DNA of 63,102 nucleotides, the filler included, from Lenisia limosa (lineage: Eukaryota; Protista; Breviatea), in NCBI GenBank assembly GCA_001655205.1. It is 8 parts of 8 records of this genome, joined end to end, with 100 filler letters (N's around TTAATTAATTAA, not from the genome) between each part and the next. Parts side by side here need not be neighbours in the genome. Positions count along the whole stretch, not along the records: positions 1 to 30,385 come from LPNZ01008965.1; positions 30,486 to 38,631 come from LPNZ01000849.1; positions 38,732 to 41,380 come from LPNZ01004550.1; 5 more parts are not named here. One strand, 5' to 3'. The notes beneath the pieces are model-generated. The model did no database searches. It worked only from the letters and a program-made list of their open reading frames with translations, and was not told the origin of the DNA. The position numbers and the translations under genes were made by a program. This document shows positions 26,701-38,944 of the stretch, one piece after another. The first letter of the stretch is position 1. Each line of letters opens with the position of its first letter.

Positions 26701-29700
26701 CTGAGCTCATTCGAAGCATGGTCTGGTCTCAGCCCCAGGTGTGTATTTGTTTTTCCTGCTCATTGAGGTGATTTTGTTTAACCTTCACCCTCAAGATTAA
26801 GGGCACACATCCGGAGCCCCGAAGTGGTGGCAGCGCAGCCCAGCTCGAAGATGATATTTACCTCTTTGGCGGCCAGACGGACTCAGATTGTTTGAATGAC
26901 CTGTGCTGCTTCGACTGCAACTCTTTGGTGGGAGCTTGAGAAATCTTCCGCATAACGCTGGGTGTTTCACGAAGATAGGGATTCTTCGCACCATTTTTGA
27001 CACTTCCAGGAATGGAAGCCTCTCGAGATTAAGGGCGCAGTGCCAGCCCCCAGGTAGGCGTGAACTGAAACACATGATGTTGATTTTATCCGACATTTCA
27101 TTTATTTTTCTCATAGTGTTGCTGATAACTTCTACTTCTTATTTCAATCTTCAACTGAGTAATGCAGGTCGCGACACACTTTAGTTGCCATTGGTAAGAC
27201 GCTCTACCTCTTTGGCGGAAAGGTGCGCGCCAAAGGCTTCTTCTCTTGAATAACTCGAAAATCGCTTTTGTCATACTGTACTTATTTCTTAGGACACGCA
27301 AGGTGCGAAGTACAACGATATTTGGGAGTTTGACACGACAACCTCCACCTGGGCCGAGGTGGGTTCAGTAGCTCAGGGGTTTGCTGCTTATAGTTGCATG
27401 CAGTATTATATCATAGTGATATACACAAATAACTGCAAAGAGGATCTTAGACTAAAAGAAATGCCCAAAAGAAATGCCCTCACTCCCTAGATTGAGCCAA
27501 CAGGCGATATCCCGGATGGGCGAAGTGGACACACCGCGTGTGTTGTTGACGATAAAATGGTGGGTGTGTTTGCAGCATTCCAATTCGTGGACGATGAAGT
27601 TAGCGCTCTATTGACATTTCAGGCGGTGTTTGGCGGATGGAGTTCATCCAGGGTCAAGTACAGCGATCTCATTCTGTTCAACCCAAGCACACGGTGGGAC
27701 AAATGGATGGACAATACCTTGGCAACCTTTGTGTTGCTTGGTCTATTTTATTATGTCCTTGCAGTGTTTTGCATATCATGTCTGCTTTCATTATGCTTTG
27801 GACTGTGGTGTCACGTTTATTACAATTTCCTTCGTGGGCACCTTGTGGCATCAAATTGAAAGACATATAAACGCCATCGTAGTAGTCACCCCTTAGGGCA
27901 TGGTCAACCGTTGGCTCGAGTGAGAGCCTAGTCCCCGAGGTCAGGGACGGTGCAGCCATGGTCCCCATCGCATCTACTGGCGAGCTTTTCATGCATGTTT
28001 GGGGGGGGGGGTATTTCTGTTCTATTGAGAAAATTGTGTCGGTTTGTTTTCACGGTTTTCAGGGAGGCTTCGGACAAAGCTGTCTCATTGACCAATGGCT
28101 CCTATCGCCGGTGTCCAATGACATGATCCCCATTCAGACCCGTGAAGCTGTCATGCCTATTGCTGGTTCGCTTTGCTGTCTTGCGAAAAAAATTGCTCTG
28201 GTTTTGATGCCCTTTTATCTCATTTCTCTCCCCTGCAAGCCGGTAGTTGATGTTTTCGGGTTTATTTTTAAGAAATACCCTAACCTCCCCCCCNNNNNNN
28301 NNNNNNNNNNNNNNNNNNNNNNNNNNNNNNNNNNNNNNNNNNNNNNNNNNNNNNNNNNNNNNNNNNNNNNNNNNNNNNNNNNNNNNNNNNNNNNNCGGAG
28401 GATGGTCGTCAACTCAGAACGTCAAGTCCAATAACACATATTTGTTCGACACTCAAAGAGTGGGGGGTCCGTGCCTATGTGAGCGAAGTTTGTGAGATGC
28501 AATGGGTTTGCACAATTTGCCAGCCTCCAGCGCTTCTGTCGTTGTCTGCACTCACATTTTGCAGTTCCAGTGGTTTGGAGGTGAGACCGTTTGCAAGGGC
28601 AATAGGCCACCACCAATGTCTCTTTTCGCCCACGCGGTGTAGGCTTGGCGATTGATATTTTCGTCACATTAAATCATTATTAGCTCCATCATGTTGGTCA
28701 TTTCTCTATAATACGTGTCATTTTGAAACAGTTCTAAGGCTACATTTTTAAGTGAATTATATGTCCATTACCCCCCNNNNNNNNNNNNNNNNNNNNNNNN
28801 NNNNNNNNNNNNNNNNNNNNNNNNNNNNNNNNNNNNNNNNNNNNNNNNNNNNNNNNNNNNNNNNNNNNNNNNNNNNNNNNNNNACATCGAGCCTAATGTC
28901 AGGATGTTGACCATCAGTGGGTGGATGCGATGCTTGGGGGGGTGATAAAAAATGGCTTTTAATTGAGGTACTCAGCCTTTTCAGTTTCATGAAAATACTA
29001 TTTCTGGCTTCGGTCAGATACAACCTTGTTTCATTTCTCATCTCTATGTCGATATATAACCCCGGCAGACAAGCGAATGGCCTTCAGCGACTATGAAGTT
29101 GACGTGGCGGCGGCGGTGTCCACACTCATGCGGACCGGCCACTGTGCGGTGAGCTGCAAATACCGTGAATTGCCGATTAAGAGCGAGAATGTACCGCCTA
29201 TCTGAAGAATAAGAACCTATAAAATCCACGACTCACCTCTATACAATTGGGACCACATATCCTTGAGGGGGGTGGATTATATGGTGTATTGACAGCAGGG
29301 GATCATTATTCAGACTGTGCGGCAACAGGCAAAGGAGGCGTTCCACTGCATCTCAACGCATGGTTGGTTCTTATGTGGAGGCTTGTGATGCATCTCAACG
29401 CATGGTTGAATTTTGTGAAAAATAAATGGTTCAGAAACTGCCAAACACAGGCATATCCGCCCATCCTCACCATTTAGAACAAGTCCAAGACATTGGCACT
29501 CTTGCTACTGAATTGGCCTCAGCCGTACCCCTGGAGTGGGGCATGCCTAGCAAGGCGCCTGTCCAGCTTACCGAGGTTCGTTTATAATGATTGTCCCCAT
29601 ACTAAGCATTATACTGTCAGCCTATAATGAGCTTACATCGATTTTTCATACAGATTTATAGTGTTTGAAATCCTATATTTGCTCATTCGCCAGTTGACCA

Positions 29701-30385
29701 TCCCTGCAAGCAGCAAGCATGTTGTCACCATTCAAGTTGGAGAAGTATGGGGGGACTCACACGACATTCAAACTCTCTTTTTTAAGAATAGTGGACATTC
29801 AATATTTTCGGCTTTTGACGAGGCTTCAATTCGGCTAGATTCATTCACGACTTAGTCTGATCCGTCCATCATTTCATGGTACTTCCGCACCATTGCCAAT
29901 GACTTGTCATTTTCCCTGCAGTTCAGCGAAACTGAGGAGGGCACTGTGAGGGGGCATCTAATTCTGCAATAATACGATCATAATAATCTGATATGTGGGT
30001 CAATATTATCGTTTTTTTTGATATTGTGGGTCAATATTATCGTTTTTTGATATATCGAGAGATTCCCTATTTTGGGGTCTCAAGCGATAATAATGATTTT
30101 TCTGTTCATATCCCCAGTACAAGGACCTCATACCGGAGACACGCCACGATTGTCACATGTCGCCCGTTCTTGGCCACTGGAGGGCTGACGACGCTGGTTT
30201 CTACAGATTAATGTACGGGGGTAAAGGGTGACAACAAATCCGAGATAGTCAAATTGCTGAGGTTTCTCACATTTCAGATTTTCCAATGCGTATTCGTGGT
30301 TCTCAGAAAAGCACATTCTCTATGGGGCTTGGAGAGTGCCCCATCTGACTGACACGTCATCAGCTGCCCTCCACCCCTCCTACCC
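22786..30385 (+). CDS. Large multidomain protein: SAM + ARM/HEAT-like helical region + Kelch repeats + GOLD domain (single gene inferred)
   Basis: SAM: ENWNVETVAEWLSTNGLSSYCSAFEDNHVSGQVLLTLNKDDLIELGMTSIGHRK. Helical exons 23180-26750. Kelch: EWKPLEIKGAVPAPRSRHTLVAIGKTLYLFGGK, KYNDIWEFDT, PDGRSGHTACVVDDKM/AVFGGW. GOLD: IISWYFRTIANDLSFSLQF, LIPETRHDCH, FSNAYSWFSEKHILY. Runs off the scaffold end. Confidence 0.65.
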
Positions 30386-30429
30386 NNNNNNNNNNNNNNN
30401 NNNNNNNNNNNNNNNNNNNNNNNNNNNNN

Positions 30430-30441
30430 TTAATTAATTAA
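30430..30441. other. Artificial scaffold linker TTAATTAATTAA (also 38676-38687, 41425-41436, 45270-45281, 48664-48675, 52994-53005, 61675-61686)
   Basis: The same 12-mer, with stops in all six frames, is padded by about 44 N on each side at seven sites. Confidence 0.97.
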
Positions 30442-30619
30442 NNNNNNNNNNNNNNNNNNNNNNNNNNNNNNNNNNNNNNNNNNNNTACATTATCAAAAAC
30501 AGGGCTGGTCAAGTAGTAGTATGTGTAAGGCTTCCCATATTTATCGAGAATTTATCGGAAAATTCGGTCTTTTTGGGACCGTAGGGAACCCCTAAGTATG
30601 GGGTTTACCTATAGAAAGG

Positions 30620-33600
30620 CTCAAAGACCCCCCCCCCACGGGTATTGACGTAGAAGGCCTGGGGTATCAGCGTGGAGCTGTCCATGTCGCTACGCAAGGC
30701 ATTGAGCGCGGACGCCACACTTAGATCGCATGACACGCAGAAGCACGGTGTTTGTTTGAGGAGCTTGAAAGACGTCTCTATGGGCACTCCAACTGGATGG
30801 GGTAACACGGCACAGAACCAGACCAAACACAAAAAAATATCGAGTTTATCAATAGACACATCAATATCATTAACAAATAAAAAGAAAAGAACCAAAGCCC
30901 ATAACTAGCATACAGAGAGAGAACTTGAAGGGATGATGACCAAGCACTGCTCCGTAGCACGTACCCCTAAGTTGGAATAAGTAATGAAAATAAAAGGGGT
31001 TGTTTGTCATATGCGTCCCTATTCTCAATGCAACTTCACAATAAACCTGCTAACGAAGCCACTGAAACGCTGACAATGGGGGTCGACGGCATTTGAAGCG
31101 CCTCAATAATGCCTCCAAGAATTTCGAGGGCTCTGGGAATGTCAGCTTTGGGGTGGATAAAAAAAAGTAGTCAACAGTCTTCATAAGAAATACAATACAG
31201 GATATTATGAACAACCTATTCATAAAGTGTAGCTATGTGTATATAGTATACGAGACGTAAAATATGAGAGGATACAATGTATTATTATATATCTGGAAAC
31301 ATAGAAAAATCATATGCTCACGGTCCTAAATACCGTCATTAATTCATAATTCTGTCATTAATTCAATTTTCTTGTTTTTTGTTACGTTTTATTCCTGAAA
31401 AACGACCCAAACTTCTCTCCTACATTAATAGTAGCAGTAAACAAACAAAAAATAAATAAAAAAAAACATAAAAAAGGCAATTTTTTTGCTGATCACCAAG
31501 TGATTATGTTGGTGATCTTGTCTAAAAATTCGTTTTTTGACAATTTTTCTTTGTAAATCATTATAAAGTAGAATAGTGATGTAATTAACAAGCTCTCAGC
31601 ATGCGTTCAATTTTCACTAAAATTGCGCCACGCCTGCACGGAGATTTCTTACCTCGTTCAACTTAGTTAAGCAGTGTAAAACAGATAGATATATATATTT
31701 AAGACAATTGGCGCATTTCAGCTCCCAAAAGACGTTTTCTGTCATCCTCTGTGGCCCTCCTTGGAAAACCGTTAGCAGATCTCGAAAGGTAAGAAATGAT
31801 CTGCTCTCCCCTTCTTACTTTTAGGATTCTGGATCAGTATCATGTCATCGTGGGCGCAAACCTGCAAAGAATCACTTCCCTGTCACCCTTCCTTTGCTTG
31901 AATATGCTTGGAATGGTGCTGATCCCGAGTCCAAAGAGAAATATCTGTCTATAAAAGAGAAGAATATTTATCTTAAGAAAGCTATTGAAGCGTTTGTTGA
32001 GTGCGACACTCTTGGNNNNNNNNNNATGATAATTCCCTCAGTTGTCATTCCTCGAACAACTTTCGTTGATTGTTGGAACCGTTTTGTTCATCACAGACTG
32101 ATTAAGAGTGACAGAGGCGCTTTCATCTTTCATGGAGAAAAGAAAGAAAGAAAGCCAATTGAAAAAGTTTCCCTCAATGAGGACGAGGAAACCTGTCGGG
32201 TTGCAATCTGTATGTGGGGGTTTGTTTATTTTCAAATAGATTGACAACATATTACTTTCTCATTACCTTAGCTAGGTATCTCAATGAAGATCGAGAATAT
32301 TGTGAGGAAGCTCCAGGAGAATGATTCAGGCCATTAGAGCTGAAGCCAAGAAGAGTGTTTCTTCTGACTTGGACTTACAGCGCCAAGAAAAAACACAAGT
32401 ATGGCTTCATTTATTCATTTGTAGGTGAAAATCTGTAGTCGGTTTTATTATTGTTTCCTTTTGTTCCACTAACCAACGTGTAGCTAAGAAGATCAAGTTT
32501 GCCTCAGATTCCAAGACTGCAGTTGACGCCAAGATGAAGGCCTCAATCAAGGCGTATGATGTTGTAACCGCTGCTGAGGAACTCGTCAAGACCCAAGTGA
32601 CTGCCCTTCGCCACAAAATGAACGGAGATGAAGACAGTGGTAGGAAGTAACTTTTTATTTTCAAGTATTAGATACAATTTATTATACCAGTTTTTGTAAC
32701 TATAATCTTGTTAATTTACAACCCATCTTATTCATTTGTTTAATTTTTTCAAGTCATTGCAAGCCTCAATGAGCCGTTTCCAGTTGAGCTCAAGTCATAT
32801 CAGGCGGAGGCTGTGAANNNNNNNNNNNNNNNNNNNNNNNNNNNNNNNNNNNNNNNNNNNNNNNNNNNNNNNNNNNNNNNNNNNNNNNNNNNNNNNNNNN
32901 NNNNNNNNNNNNNNNNNNNNNNNNNNNNNNNNNNNNNNNNNNNNNNNNNNNNNNNNNNNNNNNNNNNNNNNNNNNNNNNNNNNNNNNNNNNNNNNNNNNN
33001 NNNNNNNNNNNNNNNNNNNNNNNNNNNNNNNNNNNNNNNNNNNNNNNNNNNNNCGGCTGGAGACAAGCGAGAGAAGAAGGCAGCCCCATCAACCAAACCC
33101 TACCTGCCGAAGTTGTCAACTGCCGACACCCCTGAAGCCAAGAAAATATGGAGACGCCTGTCCTCTTTCCCCCCAAACCTGAATCATTTGAGGCGGCTGA
33201 AGATTGGAACATGGTGGCAATTGGTGTCAACAGCAGTGCGTATTTTTCTCCGATGCTTGGAATCCGTCTGCCGCAACAAGCGCTCTTCTTGCCATGATCC
33301 CATCGTCATGATCGGGGATGGGGCCCGCATTCATGCCATTGAAGTATGATACTAAAATTGTCATTTTTTGAAAACTATATGACATGTCGATATGATATAA
33401 TTCATTACCTTCCATGTGTGTGCTGCAATATTTCTCCTGTACGGTGTCATCTTCGTCATAGAGCCTTCATTTACCAGCCACTTCTTGCAGGTTAGTACCG
33501 GTCTTCTTGACATTCAATCACTTATTGCATAAAGGTGGCTGACTCGCATTATCATGCCAAAGTGAACCAAAAAGTTTACCAACAAATCGCTGCCTGAAAG

Positions 33601-36600
33601 GAGGTCAACTCTGAAAAGTAAGAATATTCATTGTATTTGAATGCTAATCTCTCAGCTCATCAGTTTCGGTTCATCAAGGAAGAAGAAGTCTTTGGAATTA
33701 TTGCCAAACAATGAGCAGCCCCAGTACGGCTGTGATTCGGTAAGACTTTAGAGCTGTTAATGACGTATTCCTTTTGTTTACTTAAACAAGACGGTGTAAA
33801 AAATAGTTAGATTTAGTAAATCCTCTTGAAGTCTCAATACCTGAATTCCGTTAAATTCCCAACCCTTTCACGAATGTGAGAGCTCAGCCAGTCCGTCGCT
33901 GCCTTCGACGACAATTGTGATGAGCTGGCGAGTTCAATCGTTCTGGCCANNNNNNNNNNNNNNNNNNNNNNNNNNNNNNNNNNNNNNNNNNNNNNNNNNN
34001 NNNNNNNNNNNNNNNNNNNNNNNNNNNNNNNNNNNNNNNNNNNNNNNNNNNNNNNNNNNNNNNNNNNNNNNNNNNNCGAAGTTGAGTAATTACACTTAGG
34101 TTGTGTGCCACACCACTGATGTGAAGAAAAGCTCTCTCCGCCAATTGTCTTGTGATACTTCACAAGGTGCAATTCTATCCCACCTCACTGCGATTCGAAG
34201 AGGTTTACAAGTTGAGTTTTTTGTAGACATGTTCACATTGCTCTATTACTTATAGTTCCCAGGTAGTGTTAAAGCATTGGCTCAAAGTAAGGTCGATAAA
34301 GCAAAACGGCAAGCGGGGAAGGCCGAAGCAAGAGCCACAAAAAAACAGAAGAGGAATAAATGAGTAAGCATACTATCTGTTGACAATGGCTTTATTGATT
34401 GAATGAATCTCTTGTGACATATTATACTCATCTATTTAGGTGTCTTTGAGATGTTCTCTATAATTTGTGTGTATTGAGGTTAAGTTGTAGGTTTATAAAT
34501 ATGTTGAAGAGTACTACTATTTGAAACTTCTTTTTGTTGCCTTCAGCCAGACCATTTTTATGTGCTTTTTGACAAGAAAATTGGATGTTTTAAGAAAATG
34601 GTTGGATTAGAAGTAAAAAAGGATCATTCAGGCAATGAAACGAGAAAATGTAACAAAAACAAGAAAATTGAATTAATGACGGTATTTAGGACCATGAGCA
34701 TATGCATAATTTTGTATTCTCATAATTACTCGGATATTCTATCAGCCGCTTACCTGAGTGCGAAAACAGACGCTCGAAGACTGTGCTGGTAATCTATAGA
34801 GGGCGCACCCTGTTGAAGGTGAGCACAAGTTATCCTTATGATAAGGGCTTCACTTCGGTTCAAAAATACCGGCACAATATCGATAGTTTTTGGGGATTTA
34901 TCGAGAAATTCAGTTTTTTTTTGAGCCGAAGTGAAGCCCTACTTATGATACACCTCTGGATCTGATGGCGTTTGATAGTAATAATCATAATGGGATTCTA
35001 ATAAACTGAGCAAAGCTGAGCTGGCCGCATACCGCGCAGATTTGATATGTTCTCCCTGAGAAGCTGAGCTTATAGCATGCAAGCACAGCTGTCAGGTCGT
35101 CCAGAGCCGAAGCCACTACAGTAGTTATATTAGGGCTACATGAAGTGATAAATATAACATTTTTTTTGTTATAGTATACGACTTTCCTATAGTTACCCCT
35201 CCCCTCTCAAACTCGTAGAAATGATTTCAAGCGCTTCGTTATCGCCTAAATGACTGCTTAACTCCTGATACGACGGGATCGAAATGGTGGCAACTGGGGG
35301 AGAGAAAGGTGAAACAAAGGATGTTCGAAGATGAACCGCATTAAAAAAAACAATACAAAATTGGAATACTTGTGCCGTATAACCACCACACATACTTGAA
35401 ACGGTTTTAAATTCGTAGACTGTGGGCACGCCATCTTGGTTCACATCTGAAGGCGGAGAGACAACTAATAGCATTATATTTGGTTAATCTTAACTTCAAA
35501 TAATACCCCCCCCCCCGACCGGAGGGCTCTTCAGGAGTCGGCAGGAACACAGGATGGTTTTGCCCCTTAATAAATCAGAAATGGAGAGAAAATAGACAGC
35601 AAACTAGGATTATGCTGAACAGAATATAGCTCAGATTTAGATTGGTTTTAAGAGAAACAAAAACAGGTGTTACTATGTAAGCCTCCATAGGGTTCCCACA
35701 TCAGGATGGTACTCTGCTGAGGGTACTGATTGCAGTCGACTGTCAGGATTTAGAGGACCAGATAATAAATAACAAGGGAAGGAATTGTAAGGGTTTAGAG
35801 GACCNNNNNNNNNNTAGATAATAAATAACAAGGGAAGGAATTGTAAGGGTTTAGAGGACCAGATAATAAATAACAAGGGAAGGAATTGTAAGGGTTTAGA
35901 AGACCAGATAATAAATAACAAGGGAAGGAATTGTAAGGGTTTAGAGGACCAGATAATAAATAACAAGGGAAGGAATTGTAAGGATTTAGAGGACCAGATA
36001 ATCAAAGACATGGAAGGAATTGCACAGTAGGCGGGAAAACAGTAGAACACAAGAGCTTCAATAACATACGTTTGAGGAGTGGGAGCAGAGTACCGGTTTC
36101 TCTGACGTGGTGGTGTTGGGGATATTGGAGTGTGGGTCGATGACAACGACTGTCTGGACCTGCCGTCTGGGAGGGGGTGAAAAAATGAAACAAAAATGAT
36201 ATGACATTCAGGCAAAGCAGGGTTTGAAATGCACGTATTGGCGGGTAGGGGGTTACGGGATTTCTGTGCTGAGTATTATTGTTGTAAACACATTAGTTTT
36301 GCATCTTCTCCAGCTCACTGTTATTTTGGTGTACACGTGGGGGTGCCACTTCTCGAGTCTTCAACAGCTGTAAAGTCAGGGTTGCGACATTTCTCTACCC
36401 AGTGTGATCTTTAAGATCCTTCACTTGCCATTTTGGAGAATAACCATTTGAAATTGATGTGATTATTAGTGTTTCCAAAATCCCAATCAATAAACTGGAC
36501 AACTCGCGAATGGTTTGACCCCCTTTTGAAACAGAAACAATATGTTGCCTTAACTGAGACATTCACATTCAGACATTCATCCAACCCAACCATATTTGCT

Positions 36601-38631
36601 TCGTCCTGGGACCAGCGCTGCAACCGCTTTGCTGAGTGCGGCTGCTTCTGCGGCCTTGACAGTGTCAGTAGGGAATGCAAAGGATTAAGCCTCGTGAATG
36701 CAATATGATAAAAAAAAATCTTACGTGGGGGACGAGGTGCTCATATAGGCAGGAGCTTTCTGCTCAGTAACGGCGAAGGGCGGAGGGGGGCATTTTGGGG
36801 TGGTGTTCTGTGGACATGATATTGTGATGGTTGACACTATTTAATTCGTCAAATCAATAATACAATATGTTTGTACATCAGGATCATAGTATGTTCACCC
36901 CCCCCCCACCACCACAGTGGACTCAGGTGTTACAGAACCTGCAGCGGAACCAAACTCCTCTAAAGCGCGCTAATGGTACAGTTAAAGAGGATTGTTGCCA
37001 TATAGTATATAAATGATATCATAACAGTTGAAATTATTAATTGAAGAAAGCCGAGGAGTAGGAAAAGTTGGAAGATAAGAAAACGAAAGAGGTTGATGAA
37101 GGAGGAGTGTTCCCCAATCACAGTAGAATGAGTCACATGATCAGAGATGGGTGAGGATGGGGCTGGTGCATTTAACTAAAACAGTTAAGAAAAAACGAAC
37201 ATTAGACACTCAAAAAATAATTGATCCCCTACCATTGAAGGTGGCAAAACGGGGGTACTCACACTTTGATAGCTTGTCCGATCACTGCATAGTTGAGAGA
37301 TGATCGATGATAGGAGGTATGGTGATCAATATTTAGACTGGGATTATGATGGGGGTGAATATGAAATTGATAAAAAAAAGATATGTTCAAAATATAAAAA
37401 CCCCAGTAATTTATCTTAATCCAAAACTGAAGCCTGATAACCAGACCCACTCATTAGAGACGGAAAATGACGCGGGTTTCTGAAGAGTTAAATGCAGCAA
37501 TAAATGAGCCAAGTATAGCCAAAAAAACTGAATTCAATGAACAAAATCACCTCTTTTTGCTGTTTTTCTTCAAGAGCAGTGGCAGCAGGGCCTGAATGGG
37601 GTAAAAACTCATCATTTCGTACATTAGAGCAATTTTGGTTTATGAAGATACAATAGTCCTTGCATACCTGCCAAGATTGCTTCTGCACTAATCGCGGGAG
37701 CCAAGGGGACTGTATCCCTAATATGGTGGTAAGTTATCAAATCATTCAGTCGAAATATACCCAATAAACAAACATTAGCAAGCTATGCTGTTTGGCAAGC
37801 GGTTCAGTAGGTTCGAGAGCTGCAGGCGGTGATGAAGAGGGTGATTCGCTGGTCACACTGACTTCGTTGGAGTGAGATGGGTGTTTGTCCCTTTGCTTTG
37901 CGACGGCTTTCTCTGCTCTGTTCTTTTGGTAGTTCTAAAACATAATAATAAACAAAATGAGACATATTAAACCCCTCTCCAGAAATCATCTCAAGTTGGT
38001 GTTTCTTTCAAGTATAGTTGATGATGTCTTACCAAAATATGAGATAAAACAATGAAGAGGGAAGAGGAGACGACCAAGGACAAGCCCCCTCAAACCAGCA
38101 TCTGCAACTGATGTTCTTGGGTCTCCTTTTGTCTTCTCTCGCGTCTCTTACGAGGAATGGAGTCAATGTCTATTTGCGGTATAGACGTTCCATAGCGTTC
38201 TGTGAGCGACTGAATCTCAACCTCTTCTTGACAGGTCAAAGAAAACAAATCCGCATCAGGTGGTTCAGTCGATGATGAAAACTAAGAAACAAACACAATA
38301 AAACAACCAACCCCAACCATGGTTGACAGGTAGAACACTTAGAACGTCTGATGTGACAAGGTCCGGGATAAGCGTCGTGAGGGTGGCTTTGCATGTCATT
38401 TGCCGCTCAATGAGGAACTGCGAAATCTGCGAAGGGAAGGAAGGGTCATTTGACAGGAATATTGTGCGGATAATTGATTTATGATTTTCTTCATTTGTGA
38501 TATGACTTCTTTTGTTTACCAGGGAGGAACATAACAAAGACGACTCAGTACCTATAACCAGAGATTCAATACCCCCCCCCCCACTTTGACGAATACTTCA
38601 GCAGAGACGTCCTGTTTCCAACGAATATGGT
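30620..38631 (-). CDS. Large hypothetical protein, partial at both ends; hosts the pogo-like element in an intron
   Basis: More than 15 GT-AG exons on the minus strand, e.g. ISQFLIERQMTCKATLTTLIPDLV, VATISIPSYQELSSHLGDNEALEIIS, GAPSIDYQHSLRASVFAL (ends about 34755), resuming ALEILGGIIEALQMPSTPIV (about 31130). No family recognised. Confidence 0.55.
31311..34704 (+). mobile_element. pogo/Fot1-like DNA transposon (about 3.4 kb, ~90-bp TIRs)
   Basis: TIRs CATATGCTCA(C/T)GGTCCTAAATACCGTCATTAATTC...AATTTTCTTGTTTTTGTTAC at 31311-31390 and inverted at about 34640-34704, with TA near both ends. A DDE_1-type transposase lies inside. Confidence 0.85.
31601..34363 (+). pseudogene. Intron-containing DDE_1 (pogo-type, DD35D) transposase, probably inactive
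   Basis: KMNGDEDSG (candidate D1, 32627), IVMIGDGARIHAIE (D2, 33317), VCAAIFLLYGVIFVIEPSFTSHFLQ/VADSHYH (D3, 33541), giving 35 residues between D2 and D3. Lys-rich tail ...RATKKQKRNK*. In-frame TGA at 33595 and a lost AG acceptor at about 33415. Confidence 0.75.
34843..34941. mobile_element. hAT-type MITE family A, reference copy (~95 bp; TIR TAGGGCTTCACTTCGGTTCG; 8-bp TSD)
   Basis: TSD CTTATGAT on both sides. Other copies: 30526-30594, 40264-40320 (partial), 40966-41054, 43382-43470, 53697-53778, 55322-55404, 55822-55872 (partial), 59245-59344, 59659-59790, 60259-60356, 60963-61057. Confidence 0.9.
35746..36003. repeat. Intronic minisatellite, 45-bp unit, 5-6 copies
   Basis: TTAGAGGACCAGATAATAAATAACAAGGGAAGGAATTGTAAGGGT repeated in tandem, with a small N gap. 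Confidence 0.92.
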
Positions 38632-38944
38632 NNNNNNNNNNNNNNNNNNNNNNNNNNNNNNNNNNNNNNNNNNNNTTAATTAATTAANNNNNNNNNNNNN
38701 NNNNNNNNNNNNNNNNNNNNNNNNNNNNNNNGGGTTTATATTGTCTGGGTTCAGTTTGAGGAGTGTGGGGTTGATAACGGTTTTTTTATTTCTCGTTTTG
38801 TTGTGTTATGCTTTATATTGATATTTTCCCCTTTTTTATTTCTCGTTCTTTTGTGCTGTAAGTTGAGATTCGCTCTTTTTTTTAGATTATTTCGCGATTA
38901 GTACACCAGTGTTTTTTCTTCGAAATTTTCTCTATTTAACACCC

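Noticed and set aside
22786-26800. SAM plus ARM region as SARM1-like NADase
   Set aside because: Domain order is reversed and no TIR domain was found; Kelch and GOLD follow instead.
31601-31790. MRSIFTKIAPRL... as a mitochondrial protein
   Set aside because: It lies inside the pogo TIRs upstream of the DDE motifs, so it is better read as the transposase N-terminus.
33595-33745. In-frame TGA at Trp-like positions in the pogo transposase as evidence of TGA=Trp recoding
   Set aside because: Conserved host genes (PIN1, MOB4, QTGAL-like) use TGG for Trp and need no TGA read-through, and the element has other lesions. Decay is the simpler explanation.
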